64,000 nt of DNA from the sequence record PP885688.1. One strand, 5' to 3'. Of the stretch, positions 39,872 through 48,542 are shown in pieces. Under the pieces are notes generated by a model. It was given only the letters and a program-made list of their open reading frames with translations, did no database searches and was not told the DNA's origin. The stretch's first letter is position 1. The number at the start of each line of letters is the position of its first letter. A program made the position numbers and the translations under genes.

Positions 39872-40417
39872 TCAGTTCTTTACTGGGTGCGCGGTGTCGG
39901 GAAGTTCTGTCTTCTTGATCGCGGCGTTCAGCTGGTCGAGCATCTTGCGGTCGAACGCGGTGAGCTCGTGATAATAGAAGTGGGTGAACCATGCCCTAAC
40001 GCTCTTGCAGGCATCAAGTAGATCAGGAGCAGCGTCGCGGGTACGTTCGGCCTGTTCCTTGTCACGCTGAAGGGCATCCGCGACCACACGCTCAGCAGCA
40101 ATCCGTATACGCTCCTCCTCGATCTCCTCGATCGTCGCGAAGGTCATCGTGTCGTACCGATAGTTGTTATGGTTCGCCTTCCCCGTCATTGCGTCGAAGC
40201 CGTACCGCCAGTTGGACCAGTACTCCTCGGCGGTGGTGATGAAAAGCCGACCGTTCTTGATGTGGGTCACCTCGCTGAGATGACGCTCTACTTGATCCTT
40301 GGCCCAGTATGGGCGGCGGAGCTCGATCCAGACCAGCTGGCCGACGCGGACACGGGTGAGTGACTGGGCTGCGGGGTGATGCGCGGGTTCGACCTTCAAC
40401 GGCATAACGATTTCCAT
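39872..40417 (-). CDS. Hypothetical protein
   Basis: GAGAGG SD; genome-like codon usage. Confidence 0.7.
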   Translation of the reverse strand: MEIVMPLKVEPAHHPAAQSLTRVRVGQLVWIELRRPYWAKDQVERHLSEVTHIKNGRLFITTAEEYWSNWRYGFDAMTGKANHNNYRYDTMTFATIEEIEEERIRIAAERVVADALQRDKEQAERTRDAAPDLLDACKSVRAWFTHFYYHELTAFDRKMLDQLNAAIKKTELPDTAHPVKN

Positions 40418-40606
40418 AAGATCCTCTCAGTTATCAAGGGCCCGTGGGCTGCTTCATCGCCTCACCGGCTCCACAGTGTGTCCCACAGGTGTTCCCTTGT
40501 GCCTTTGGTACCCGGTGTCACCCGGGATTCCCTTCATGCGGGGCTCCGCACTAGCCGCTGACTTACCGATACCTGGGAGGCGATCGGCGGCGGCACGTCT
40601 CAATGT
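40418..40606. ncRNA. Structured intergenic element (candidate ncRNA or leader)
   Basis: Four consecutive hairpins by eye; no family recognised. Confidence 0.3.
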
Positions 40607-41116
40607 CTAACGACTATGCCCGGTCCAGCTTCCCCAGGCAACGTTCTCAGCCTTGATCGGGACATAGGTGCTGCCCCTCAACTGACCCAGGAGAATGAGA
40701 CCCTCCGGGAGTGGCCGACCTTCGCGGACATCCTGGAGAAGCTTGACCCGTGGCCCGCCCATGAGGGAGTGATGCCGCCACTTCGGCTTACCATCCTCGG
40801 TGAACTCGCCGGTGAGCTTGCCGAAGATCGTACCGCCGAGCGAGATGATGCCTGGCGACAGAGGTAGACCGGCAGAGTAACGGATGTATTCAATGTCCAA
40901 CATCTTGCAGTTGTCGAGCGAGTTGAAGTGACGGTCCTTCGTGTCTTCGTAGAAGGCGGTCTGGACCTTGATCTCGGCTTCCTTCTCCTCCGCCAGTAGC
41001 GCGACAACTTCGTCGTTGGTCTTCGCAGCTGCCCAGAGGCGGTCCAGCTCGGGCTTGCGGGCGTCGTGGACCCTGAGGGCCTCTATCGTGTTGGTGTACG
41101 TCTGTGTGGCAGTCAT
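40607..41116 (-). CDS. Hypothetical protein
   Basis: Start MTATQTY with ATGA overlap. Confidence 0.65.
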   Translation of the reverse strand: MTATQTYTNTIEALRVHDARKPELDRLWAAAKTNDEVVALLAEEKEAEIKVQTAFYEDTKDRHFNSLDNCKMLDIEYIRYSAGLPLSPGIISLGGTIFGKLTGEFTEDGKPKWRHHSLMGGPRVKLLQDVREGRPLPEGLILLGQLRGSTYVPIKAENVAWGSWTGHSR

Positions 41117-41295
41117 GCAGCGGCCTCTAATGCTTTCTCTTCTGGTGTTGCGTTGGCCAGGAACTCTTCGTAGGTCTGGCATCCACATCCCTTGCAGCAG
41201 GGGTTGAGGAAGAACCGGCTCAGTGCCCATGACGGAGCCGGGTGTCTCGTGGTCTCTACCGAGCAGACCTCGCAGTAGTGAACAGTGTTGGACAC
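41113..41295 (-). CDS. Small Cys-rich protein
   Basis: CEVC...CCKGCGC. Confidence 0.55.
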   Translation of the reverse strand: MSNTVHYCEVCSVETTRHPAPSWALSRFFLNPCCKGCGCQTYEEFLANATPEEKALEAAA

Positions 41296-42239
41296 TAGGC
41301 CGCCTTCCAGTCGAATTCTTTGGGCTTCCAGTTCTGGACCTTGGCCTCGTGGTGCTCGATGTGCATTTGGTAACCGCCGATCTCGAACTCGGTGCGGCGG
41401 ATATGGCCGTCACGTACCGACTTGTACTCGCGGGTGCCACGCAGGTGGGTCAGGGTGTACTCGACCATCCGGTGACCCTCACGCTTCTGGCGCGTCTCGC
41501 TGTGGCTCTCAAACTCGTCGTTCTGGAGCTTTACGAGGTACTCCTCTGCGCTGGCGAGCGACTTCTTCAGGACAGGGATGTAGGCGATGTTCGCTTCGCA
41601 GGAGAGCTCATAGCCCTTGTAACCGACGCCGAAGCAGGAGCCCATGCGCTGGTGGAGCGGCTGACCCATGTAGGTGATGCGGAAGCCGTGGTGAACCATG
41701 TTCTGGCTCTTGTCCATCTTCTGACGGTTGCCGCAGATGGCGCAGTGAGCGGTGTTGGTGATGTCTTCGGGGGTGGAGTTCTCGGCTGGCTTGCGACCCT
41801 TCACGATGAAAGGCTTGGCGGCCTGGACGAGCTCATGTAAGGCGGCGATCTCTTTGAGGACCGCGATATATTCAGGGACATTCTTCAGGTCGGTGAACTT
41901 CGAGAGGCGCTTGATGCGACCGGCGGCCTGATTCATCTGGCATGAGGTGCTGAACTCATCGTGGGCGGTGTTGGTCCGCTCCTGCAGCTCGTAGTTCTTG
42001 GTGGAGAACTTCAGTTCACGCACCCGCCAGAACTCCGGCAGCGAGGCTTCAAAGATCTCGCGGACGACTGAATCGAACCCGCTGGTTAGGTTGTCTTTAG
42101 CGGCGACGAAATCAACGTTCCAGATGTGCTTCTTCTCGACACCCTCGACGAGGTCGGCCTTCGCGTTGACGAAACGGGCAAGGCGCTTCTCGTTCTTGAG
42201 GGAAGCTTCGATAAGGGGCGTGTTGATCATGGCTGTCAT
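41295..42239 (-). CDS. Hypothetical protein with zinc-ribbon-like motif
   Basis: HCAICG...HHG...CFG; leaderless after class 2 promoter. Confidence 0.75.
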   Translation of the reverse strand: MTAMINTPLIEASLKNEKRLARFVNAKADLVEGVEKKHIWNVDFVAAKDNLTSGFDSVVREIFEASLPEFWRVRELKFSTKNYELQERTNTAHDEFSTSCQMNQAAGRIKRLSKFTDLKNVPEYIAVLKEIAALHELVQAAKPFIVKGRKPAENSTPEDITNTAHCAICGNRQKMDKSQNMVHHGFRITYMGQPLHQRMGSCFGVGYKGYELSCEANIAYIPVLKKSLASAEEYLVKLQNDEFESHSETRQKREGHRMVEYTLTHLRGTREYKSVRDGHIRRTEFEIGGYQMHIEHHEAKVQNWKPKEFDWKAA

Positions 42240-42243
42240 GTAT

Positions 42244-42276
42244 TCAACCTACGGAGCTGGTGAGCCCAAAGATGAC
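42244..42276 (-). promoter_or_regulatory. Class 2 promoter, leaderless
   Basis: GTCATCTTT-N15-GTAGGTTGA-ATAC-ATG; box lies within palindrome CCCAAAG-TCAT-CTTTGGG. Confidence 0.8.
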
Positions 42277-42292
42277 TTTGGGAACGAAATAA

Positions 42293-42553
42293 TTATTCTT
42301 TCTCTGGGAGGGTGAATTCTAAGCCCAGTTCCTTGGCGCACTTGTTACCGATCAACATCCAGCCGGGGTCACGATCGTCCGGCGTGTGCCGCGCGATGTC
42401 TTCGGGGTGGACTGCTTGATATCCTTCGGTCACGAACACGCGGCGGCAGGTCTCGTTCGGGAAGATGTCCTTCTGGCACTTGACGCAGTACCTCCGGGTC
42501 TTCGGGTTCTTCCGAGCGTCGTAATCGATGAACTCATATCTCACTTCAGCCAT
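42293..42553 (-). CDS. Zinc-binding hypothetical protein
   Basis: YCVKCQKD...HPE...C. Confidence 0.6.
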   Translation of the reverse strand: MAEVRYEFIDYDARKNPKTRRYCVKCQKDIFPNETCRRVFVTEGYQAVHPEDIARHTPDDRDPGWMLIGNKCAKELGLEFTLPEKE

Positions 42554-42572
42554 CAGGAGCCTCTTCCCTAGT

Positions 42573-43079
42573 CTAGCGTTTACCGAAGAACGTCAGCATC
42601 CGGTCTCTCTTCTCCATCGGCCAGTCGCAATCGATGAAGTGGACCTCAGCGGGTTTGACGGCGCAGGCAGAGACCTCATCGACGTGCTTGAAGAGTCCCG
42701 GCATGCGGTGTCCAGTCACGACGATGCAGTTGGCGTCGACCTTCCACCCATGGATCCAGTGAGCGCTGAGGACGAGGACAAACTGCTGTGAGTGGTTGAA
42801 GCCATCGAAGGTAGACTGGCGCAGTTCGTTGGAGCTGCGCTGGGTCAGACCGACGGCGTTGATGCCCATGCGCTTCAGGTTTTTCACGGTCTGATTGATG
42901 AAGGCGGGGCCGGTGAGGATCAGGACGCGACCGTGCTTCTCGTAGAAGTTCTTGACCTCTTTGGGCAGCATACCCAGCCCAGGCTGAAAGTCCCCGTGCA
43001 GGAAGATGCGGGGGCGCTGGGGCTCGCCCAGGAGGACGCTGCCGTTGAAGGTGGACGTGAATGCTTCGGTGATGTTCAT
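42573..43079 (-). CDS. Stand-alone degenerate helicase C-terminal (HELICc-like) domain
   Basis: RVLIL...LKRMGINAV...R...FDGF...VLVLS...G pattern. Confidence 0.4.
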   Translation of the reverse strand: MNITEAFTSTFNGSVLLGEPQRPRIFLHGDFQPGLGMLPKEVKNFYEKHGRVLILTGPAFINQTVKNLKRMGINAVGLTQRSSNELRQSTFDGFNHSQQFVLVLSAHWIHGWKVDANCIVVTGHRMPGLFKHVDEVSACAVKPAEVHFIDCDWPMEKRDRMLTFFGKR

Positions 43080-43090
43080 TGCTCTCCTCG

Positions 43091-43336
43091 TTACGTGAGA
43101 AAGGGAACGCATTCGCCTGACTGAATCCAGTGAGCGCGTTGCCTGAAAGTGAATGTGTGATCGCTCTTACCTGCGATCGTGTCTGCGATCATGCCTTCAC
43201 ACCAAGCGACATACCGGTCGAGGTCATTGACGCGGACCTTGCCGGATTTCGCATCGTCGATGCACGCGCGGTGGATCTCAACGAAGTGCTCTCGCGTCTT
43301 CTGGATCGTCTCGGGTGTGATCTCTGTGCCGTTCAT
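43091..43336 (-). CDS. Hypothetical protein
   Basis: ORF in run. Confidence 0.6.
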   Translation of the reverse strand: MNGTEITPETIQKTREHFVEIHRACIDDAKSGKVRVNDLDRYVAWCEGMIADTIAGKSDHTFTFRQRAHWIQSGECVPFLT

Positions 43337-43500
43337 TTCAATCCTTCGCGGCGGTCGCGTTCAAGGTGGTGCGTGATGTGCTTTCTGACGAAGGGCCAGA
43401 TCAGACCCAAGAGCAGACCGTCGACCAGGAGGATGAGGAAGATCTCGAACTCCCAGTGAGCCTTGTCGCGAAGCAGCGTTAGGAATGTCTCGTGTTCCAT
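43333..43500 (-). CDS. 55-aa membrane protein (not in ORF track)
   Basis: AAGAGG SD; IFLILLVDGLLLGLIWPF TM; ATGA overlap. Confidence 0.55.
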   Translation of the reverse strand: MEHETFLTLLRDKAHWEFEIFLILLVDGLLLGLIWPFVRKHITHHLERDRREGLK

Positions 43501-43508
43501 GGGTCCTC

Positions 43509-43883
43509 TTAGCTAGGCCGACCCTGGCACATTGGGCAGGTCTCGGCGCGGGGGTTGAGTCGATAGAACTCGGAGATGCGGGTCTTCGAGGCTAGCTTGC
43601 TCTCGTTGATCGGATCACCGTTGCAGTAGGCGCAGACGCCTCGGGAGTTGCGGGCGAACCCGTCGGACATGCGATCGTATCGGATCTGGGTGGTCATCCC
43701 GTCGCCGGGATCGAACGGCATGACGAAGGTGCCATCAAGCTGCGGACCCGGTGTCGCTTCCTCGTCGTCGAGGTAGTAGATCTCGCGCATCAGCTGTACG
43801 TTCTCCTGCTGCAGCGCATAGATCGCGTTCCGGTTGAGTTCCAGACTCTGGAGAAGCTGTTCGCGTTTCGTGAGCTCGGTCAT
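43509..43883 (-). CDS. Hypothetical protein with CxxC pairs
   Basis: CAYC...CPMC; leaderless after class 2 promoter. Confidence 0.7.
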   Translation of the reverse strand: MTELTKREQLLQSLELNRNAIYALQQENVQLMREIYYLDDEEATPGPQLDGTFVMPFDPGDGMTTQIRYDRMSDGFARNSRGVCAYCNGDPINESKLASKTRISEFYRLNPRAETCPMCQGRPS

Positions 43884-43887
43884 ATCT

Positions 43888-43920
43888 TCAACCTACAAAC
43901 CAAACCCGGCCAAAGATGAA
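43888..43920 (-). promoter_or_regulatory. Class 2 promoter, leaderless
   Basis: TTCATCTTT-N15-GTAGGTTGA-AGAT-ATG. Confidence 0.8.
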
Positions 43921-43930
43921 TTTGGCCGGG
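43897..43930 (-). terminator. Intrinsic terminator after dut, overlapping class 2 promoter
   Basis: CCCGGCCAAA/TTTGGCCGGG 10-bp stem followed by TTTGGTTT. Confidence 0.6.
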
Positions 43931-43938
43931 ATGTTTGT

Positions 43939-44391
43939 TTAGCGAGCCCCCGAGGAGCCGAAGCCACGCGAGCCTCGGTTGCCCTTGGGCAGTTCGTCGA
44001 CGTGCTTCACCTTGCCGGTTCGGACGCGAGCGGGAACAGCTTGGGCGATCTTGGTACCGGCGCGAAGGACGTAGCCGAGGGGGTAGTCAAGGCACTGGTC
44101 GATGACGATGACCTGGACTTCGCCGGTGTACCCAGCGTCGATGACGCCGCCGCCGAGGGACAGGCCCTTCGAGGCGAGACCGGAGCGCTCTTTGAGGATG
44201 AGGCCGTACTTGCGCCATGGGAGGCGGCTCTTGTAGGTGAGTGCGATGCCGGTCTTCACCTTGGTGGGTTTGTTGGGTTCGATGGTGATGTCTTCAGAAG
44301 CATAAAGATCAAAGCCGAGGTCCTCGCCGGGTGTTGCGACGGTCGGGAGCTGGGCATACGGGGTCAGTAGTTTCACGAGCAAAGTAGCCAT
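43939..44391 (-). CDS. dut: Trimeric dUTPase
   Basis: GFDLYA, RSGLA, GVIDAGYTGE, KIAQ, RGSRGFGSSG. Confidence 0.95.
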   Translation of the reverse strand: MATLLVKLLTPYAQLPTVATPGEDLGFDLYASEDITIEPNKPTKVKTGIALTYKSRLPWRKYGLILKERSGLASKGLSLGGGVIDAGYTGEVQVIVIDQCLDYPLGYVLRAGTKIAQAVPARVRTGKVKHVDELPKGNRGSRGFGSSGAR

Positions 44392-44396
44392 GGTTG

Positions 44397-44429
44397 CTAA
44401 TACTCAAAAGCGAGCCGCTTCCATGAATT
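44397..44429 (-). promoter_or_regulatory. Class 1 promoter (AATT-N20-GAGTATTAG), leaderless dut
   Basis: Motif match; ATG 5 nt downstream. Confidence 0.75.
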
Positions 44430-44451
44430 CGCTTCGAATATTTTCGGCGAG

Positions 44452-44484
44452 AATTCGACCTAGGGCCCCCTCGATGGGTATTAG
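44452..44484 (+). promoter_or_regulatory. Class 1 promoter (AATT-N20-GGGTATTAG), leaderless
   Basis: Motif match; ATG 5 nt downstream; back-to-back with the dut promoter. Confidence 0.8.
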
Positions 44485-44489
44485 CCCAC

Positions 44490-45368
44490 ATGGCACAGTA
44501 CGTACGTTTACCCGATCGAGTTACGCAGGCTGAGGAGATCGCGAAAGAGCATGGTGGAAAACTTCCCCGGCCCACGCTCCTCAAAGAGATCAATCCCCAA
44601 CTGGCACAGGCTGTCTTCCGTCACCCTGAAGCTTTCGCACACATCCCCAGAGGATACGTAGGACATCGCAGCCCGGATGACTGGGTCAAGCTCGCAGAGG
44701 AGATCGCAGCCGCGAACGGCGGCTTCCTACCGAAGCACAAGGACCTGGCTGCCGAACACCCAAGTCTCGCAAGCTGCATGTATCGACTCCCGGAGATCTT
44801 TGGACACATTCCCCGCGCAAAGTGGACGCTCGCCAAGGTCAATCGGATCGAGAAGTATGTGAAGCAGGCCGAAGAGCTGGCTGCGAACAATGGTGGAGTC
44901 CTTCACCTGTCCCGAACGCTCCAGACCGACAACAATGCACTCACCTGCGCGATGCGGTCGAACCCCGAGGCCTTCGCTCACATCCCCCGCGTCCACCGCG
45001 AGACCAAGACACTCGAACAGCATCAGGCCTTCGCCAAAGAGCTGGCTGAGAAGAATGAAGGCAAGCTTCCGCCGGTGTCCGTGCTCAAGAAGACCTACCC
45101 GGCGCTGCGCACCATGATGCAGAAGCACCCCGAGGCCTTCTCCGACTTCACCAAGGAAACCCTCACCACCTCACTCGCTCAGTATGTCGAGCAGGCCCAG
45201 AAGCTGGCGGCCCAGCATGACGGTATCCTTCCGGCGGGCAGCTGGATGAACAAGAACGGTTACAAGAACCTGGAGTCTGCGATCTATCGCAAGCCGAAGG
45301 CCTTCGCCGGGCTGCAGCAAGAGCTTCTCGACGCGCGTGGGAAACGTGTCGGCATCAAGACACTGTAG
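44490..45368 (+). CDS. Five-repeat helical protein (about 55-aa units)
   Basis: A.E.A..NGG.LP....L....P.L...M...PEAF.HIPR repeated five times. Confidence 0.75.
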   Translation: MAQYVRLPDRVTQAEEIAKEHGGKLPRPTLLKEINPQLAQAVFRHPEAFAHIPRGYVGHRSPDDWVKLAEEIAAANGGFLPKHKDLAAEHPSLASCMYRLPEIFGHIPRAKWTLAKVNRIEKYVKQAEELAANNGGVLHLSRTLQTDNNALTCAMRSNPEAFAHIPRVHRETKTLEQHQAFAKELAEKNEGKLPPVSVLKKTYPALRTMMQKHPEAFSDFTKETLTTSLAQYVEQAQKLAAQHDGILPAGSWMNKNGYKNLESAIYRKPKAFAGLQQELLDARGKRVGIKTL

Positions 45369-45382
45369 AAATCGGCATTTGA

Positions 45383-45415
45383 TATCTCGGTAAGCAGGCC
45401 CTCCATGGGTATTAG
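45383..45415 (+). promoter_or_regulatory. Class 1 promoter (TATC-N20-GGGTATTAG)
   Basis: Motif match. Confidence 0.75.
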
Positions 45416-45434
45416 CCCGTGGAGGGCTTTTCTT
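45398..45434 (+). terminator. Terminator-like hairpin enclosing the class 1 downstream element
   Basis: GCCCTCCATGGGT-ATTA-GCCCGTGGAGGGC followed by TTTTCTT. Confidence 0.6.
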
Positions 45435-46397
45435 ATGGCCGAATGGTATGGACGAATGATGCAGGTCGCAGATCTCTGCGCCACATGGAGTAAAGACAAG
45501 AGTCGCGGCGTCGGTTGTGTGGTCTTCGACCCTTATACGCATGGCGTCCTCGCGCAGGGTTTCAACGGCTTCCCGCGTGGTGTGAACGAGAACATCCCCG
45601 AGCGTAACGAGCGGCCCCTCAAGTACAAGTACACTGTGCACGCGGAGATCAACGCGATCGCCCATTGCGCGAAGAACGGGATCAGCACCAACGGCATGAG
45701 CATGGCGGTGACCTTCTTCCCGTGTGCGCCTTGCGCCAACGCAGCGATCCAGGCAGGCATCTGTGAGCTGGTGGTGCCGGACACCGACTTCGACGATGAG
45801 CGCTGGGGAGCTGATTTCAAAGAGAGCCTGCAGATCCTCACCGAAGGTCACGTCAAGATCGTGTACCTGGTGCCGGTGACGATCACCGAGAGGGCCGAGT
45901 CTGGAGAATGGGTCACGTCGACGAAGCTGATACCTGTCACAGAATGGGATGAAAACCGTTGCTACCAGGAGGGAGATCAGGTCCGGTTCCTCGGTGTGCC
46001 ATATCGTTGCCTCCGGAACAACGAACACGGCTGGAAGCCGGATACGAGCTCCGCTTCGTGGATTGAGATCGGCCCGAAGCCAGCGATCCAACCTTGGAAC
46101 CGGGTAACGATCTACTACCACAGGGACAGGTGCACTTACAGGGGCGGCACCTTCGAATCACTGCTCCTCGCACAGAACGGATTCTATCCCGACATGTATC
46201 CCAATATGTGGATGCAGGTCGACGGCGACATGGTCGCGCCGCCACCGCAGTGGAACGCCGCTCTGTTTTACCTCGTCGATTCGGTCGTTCACTATCACGG
46301 TCGCAAGTACACCTCGCTCAGGCAGTCAAACGGCAGTGAAGGTGACCCTGAGACCGACCTCCGTTCATGGGCTCCCCTGGCCGACGACGCCGACTAA
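45435..46397 (+). CDS. dCMP deaminase fused to three CBM5/12-like repeats
   Basis: SKD...VGCV, GFNG, HAEINAI, PCAPC; C-terminal W...Y..GD.V...G..Y...W repeats. Confidence 0.85.
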   Translation: MAEWYGRMMQVADLCATWSKDKSRGVGCVVFDPYTHGVLAQGFNGFPRGVNENIPERNERPLKYKYTVHAEINAIAHCAKNGISTNGMSMAVTFFPCAPCANAAIQAGICELVVPDTDFDDERWGADFKESLQILTEGHVKIVYLVPVTITERAESGEWVTSTKLIPVTEWDENRCYQEGDQVRFLGVPYRCLRNNEHGWKPDTSSASWIEIGPKPAIQPWNRVTIYYHRDRCTYRGGTFESLLLAQNGFYPDMYPNMWMQVDGDMVAPPPQWNAALFYLVDSVVHYHGRKYTSLRQSNGSEGDPETDLRSWAPLADDAD

Positions 46398-46419
46398 CCC
46401 TCCCCCTGTGGAAAAACAA

Positions 46420-46452
46420 TAATCACTGTCGCGGCCCTCGGATGGGTATTAC
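46420..46452 (+). promoter_or_regulatory. Class 1 promoter (TAAT-N20-GGGTATTAC)
   Basis: Motif match. Confidence 0.8.
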
Positions 46453-46470
46453 GTATCGAGGGCCACGATT

Positions 46471-48027
46471 GTGACGAAGAAGTTAGACGCACCAAACAAG
46501 ACTGCTGAAGTATTCGCGATCCACGGGGCAGACCCCGAAGTTCAGGCCTATGCCATGGCCAAGTACTCCCGCTCGGCGCTGTCGATGGCTGAGTCCATCA
46601 AGGAAATCTCGAGCCAGAAGGCGGAGACGTTCCTCAACAGCTTCTATTTCCAGTACGGCCACAAGTCCATCGCCGACCTCGCGCACATTCCAATGGCGAT
46701 CGAGAACATCAGCCTGTTGGCTGCGATCGATGTGGTGGATGAGCAGCGCTGGGATGGACAGGAACGCTCCACCCGATACCAGGACTTCTCCAAGCGCGAG
46801 TACTACGTGCCCGAGGGTATGGATGAGACCGAGACGGTCCACTACCACGCCACGATCAACATGCTCTATGACGCCTACTTCGAAGTCCTCAACGAGGCTA
46901 TCGAGTACTTCACACTCCACAATCCGAAGCCGGAGCACATGGCGCAAGGTCCGTACGAGCGCACCATCAAGGCTCGTGCCTTCGACATCGCCCGCTACCT
47001 ACTGCCGATGGCGACGCTCACCTCGGTCGGCCAGATCAACAGCGCCCGTGCTCTCGAAGGTCAGGTCTCGCGTCTCGCCGCTAGCGTCTACCCCGAAGTG
47101 GTTGATCTAGCGGAGAGCATCAAGGAAGCGGCGACCATCAAGCCGATGTATCTTCCCAACGATCCCGTCTGGGATATTCCAGTGGCATTCCGTGGTGACT
47201 CTGATGCTTATGGAGCGATGCGCAAGGTCTACGCGGCTCCCACGTTGCTGAAGTATGCCGAGCCCAACACCTATAAGTCGAACGCCGCAGACCTCGCCAA
47301 GGGTTATCTGCACGAGCTGAGACTGGACAGTGTCGATCCTGAAGGATGTCGCGAGTCGAATGTGACCATGACCAAACTGGATGCGTGGTCGACTGAGATC
47401 GAGATCCTCACTACCTTCCTCTACGAGCAATCTGACCTGTCGTTCGAGGTGATCCTCAACCGCGTGCGCAACACCGGCACGGAGTTCCGTAGGGACGCGA
47501 TCGCTGCCTTTATGGCGCTGCGTGGTAAGCACGATGAGCTGCTGCGACCTCTGCGTGCCGCTGGCGGAGTCATCTTCGACATCACCATGGACATCGGTGG
47601 TATGCGCGACATGCACAGGCATCGCCGCGCCACCCAGCATCTGCAGCCCTACACGACGACCCTCGGCTTCGTTCAACCTGAGCCCCACGTCAACGCGAAG
47701 GTCGAACGCCTCTACGAAGCCGCAACTCGCAAGATCGTTCACGCCCACGACATCATGCAACAGCTGCGACAGATGCGCGATACAAACGACTCGATCGCGG
47801 ACTACCTCCTGCCGCTCGGTACTCGCTGCCGGTTCCTGATGAAGATGGACGTCGCAGAGATGGCTTACATCGCAGAGCTGCGTACCGGCCCAGCGGGTCA
47901 CATCTCCTACCGCAACGTCGCCTGGGAGGTCTACAACCACCTCGCGTCCTTCGCGCCCACCCTCGCCGAGCAGATCCGCAGCCGCGTCACCGATCCGTCG
48001 GAGCCACTGGACTTCTTCAAGCGATGA
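46471..48027 (+). CDS. thyX: FAD-dependent thymidylate synthase, tandem double-domain type
   Basis: YGHKSIADLAH, QERSTRY in domain 1; RDMHRHRR in domain 2. Confidence 0.88.
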   Translation: MTKKLDAPNKTAEVFAIHGADPEVQAYAMAKYSRSALSMAESIKEISSQKAETFLNSFYFQYGHKSIADLAHIPMAIENISLLAAIDVVDEQRWDGQERSTRYQDFSKREYYVPEGMDETETVHYHATINMLYDAYFEVLNEAIEYFTLHNPKPEHMAQGPYERTIKARAFDIARYLLPMATLTSVGQINSARALEGQVSRLAASVYPEVVDLAESIKEAATIKPMYLPNDPVWDIPVAFRGDSDAYGAMRKVYAAPTLLKYAEPNTYKSNAADLAKGYLHELRLDSVDPEGCRESNVTMTKLDAWSTEIEILTTFLYEQSDLSFEVILNRVRNTGTEFRRDAIAAFMALRGKHDELLRPLRAAGGVIFDITMDIGGMRDMHRHRRATQHLQPYTTTLGFVQPEPHVNAKVERLYEAATRKIVHAHDIMQQLRQMRDTNDSIADYLLPLGTRCRFLMKMDVAEMAYIAELRTGPAGHISYRNVAWEVYNHLASFAPTLAEQIRSRVTDPSEPLDFFKR

Positions 48028-48542
48028 CCATGACAAAGAGTATTTGCGAACTAGAAGACTTCCTGCCGATCGAAGCACAGTTTGGGATGCACTCTCAGAA
48101 TGAGTTCTATAAAGCGATGAAGTCTCCTGCCGGTCGTCAAAGCCTCGCTGACCGCCTGCAGGCCACAACCCAGCGCAGGCTCGAAGCAGTCCGCGAAGAG
48201 CTCGGGCTCATCCAGACTCTGCCTGAGGATAGAGGCATGCCGGTGCTGCAGTACGAGGTGACCCTCCAAGTCTCGGCTACAGAGATCCAACAGCGTAACA
48301 GCAGGGCTCTGGCTCGCTGTCTCACCCTGACTCTGAACGACATGATGTGGTATGAGCGCACCCAGGCCAAGGAGTACTCCGATAAGGCGGTTCAGGTGGG
48401 CCCACTTGCTGTACGGATCACGTCGGCAGACAATGCGGCGTCGCGCAGCCTGGGCTTCAGCTTCAACATCCGCTACGTGACTTGCTCCGACTTGCGTTTC
48501 TCAATACCTGCTGCCGACGTGGCAGAGAGGTCTCCGCAGTGA
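48024..48542 (+). CDS. Hypothetical protein
   Basis: ATGA overlap with thyX. Confidence 0.6.
   Translation: MTMTKSICELEDFLPIEAQFGMHSQNEFYKAMKSPAGRQSLADRLQATTQRRLEAVREELGLIQTLPEDRGMPVLQYEVTLQVSATEIQQRNSRALARCLTLTLNDMMWYERTQAKEYSDKAVQVGPLAVRITSADNAASRSLGFSFNIRYVTCSDLRFSIPAADVAERSPQ

Noticed and set aside
40440-40475. Resemblance of the minus strand to SRP RNA, group II intron domain V or cobalamin riboswitch (GAAGCAGCC, GAGCCG, AAGGGAA)
   Set aside because: Required pairings and conserved loops are missing; kept only as an unnamed structured element
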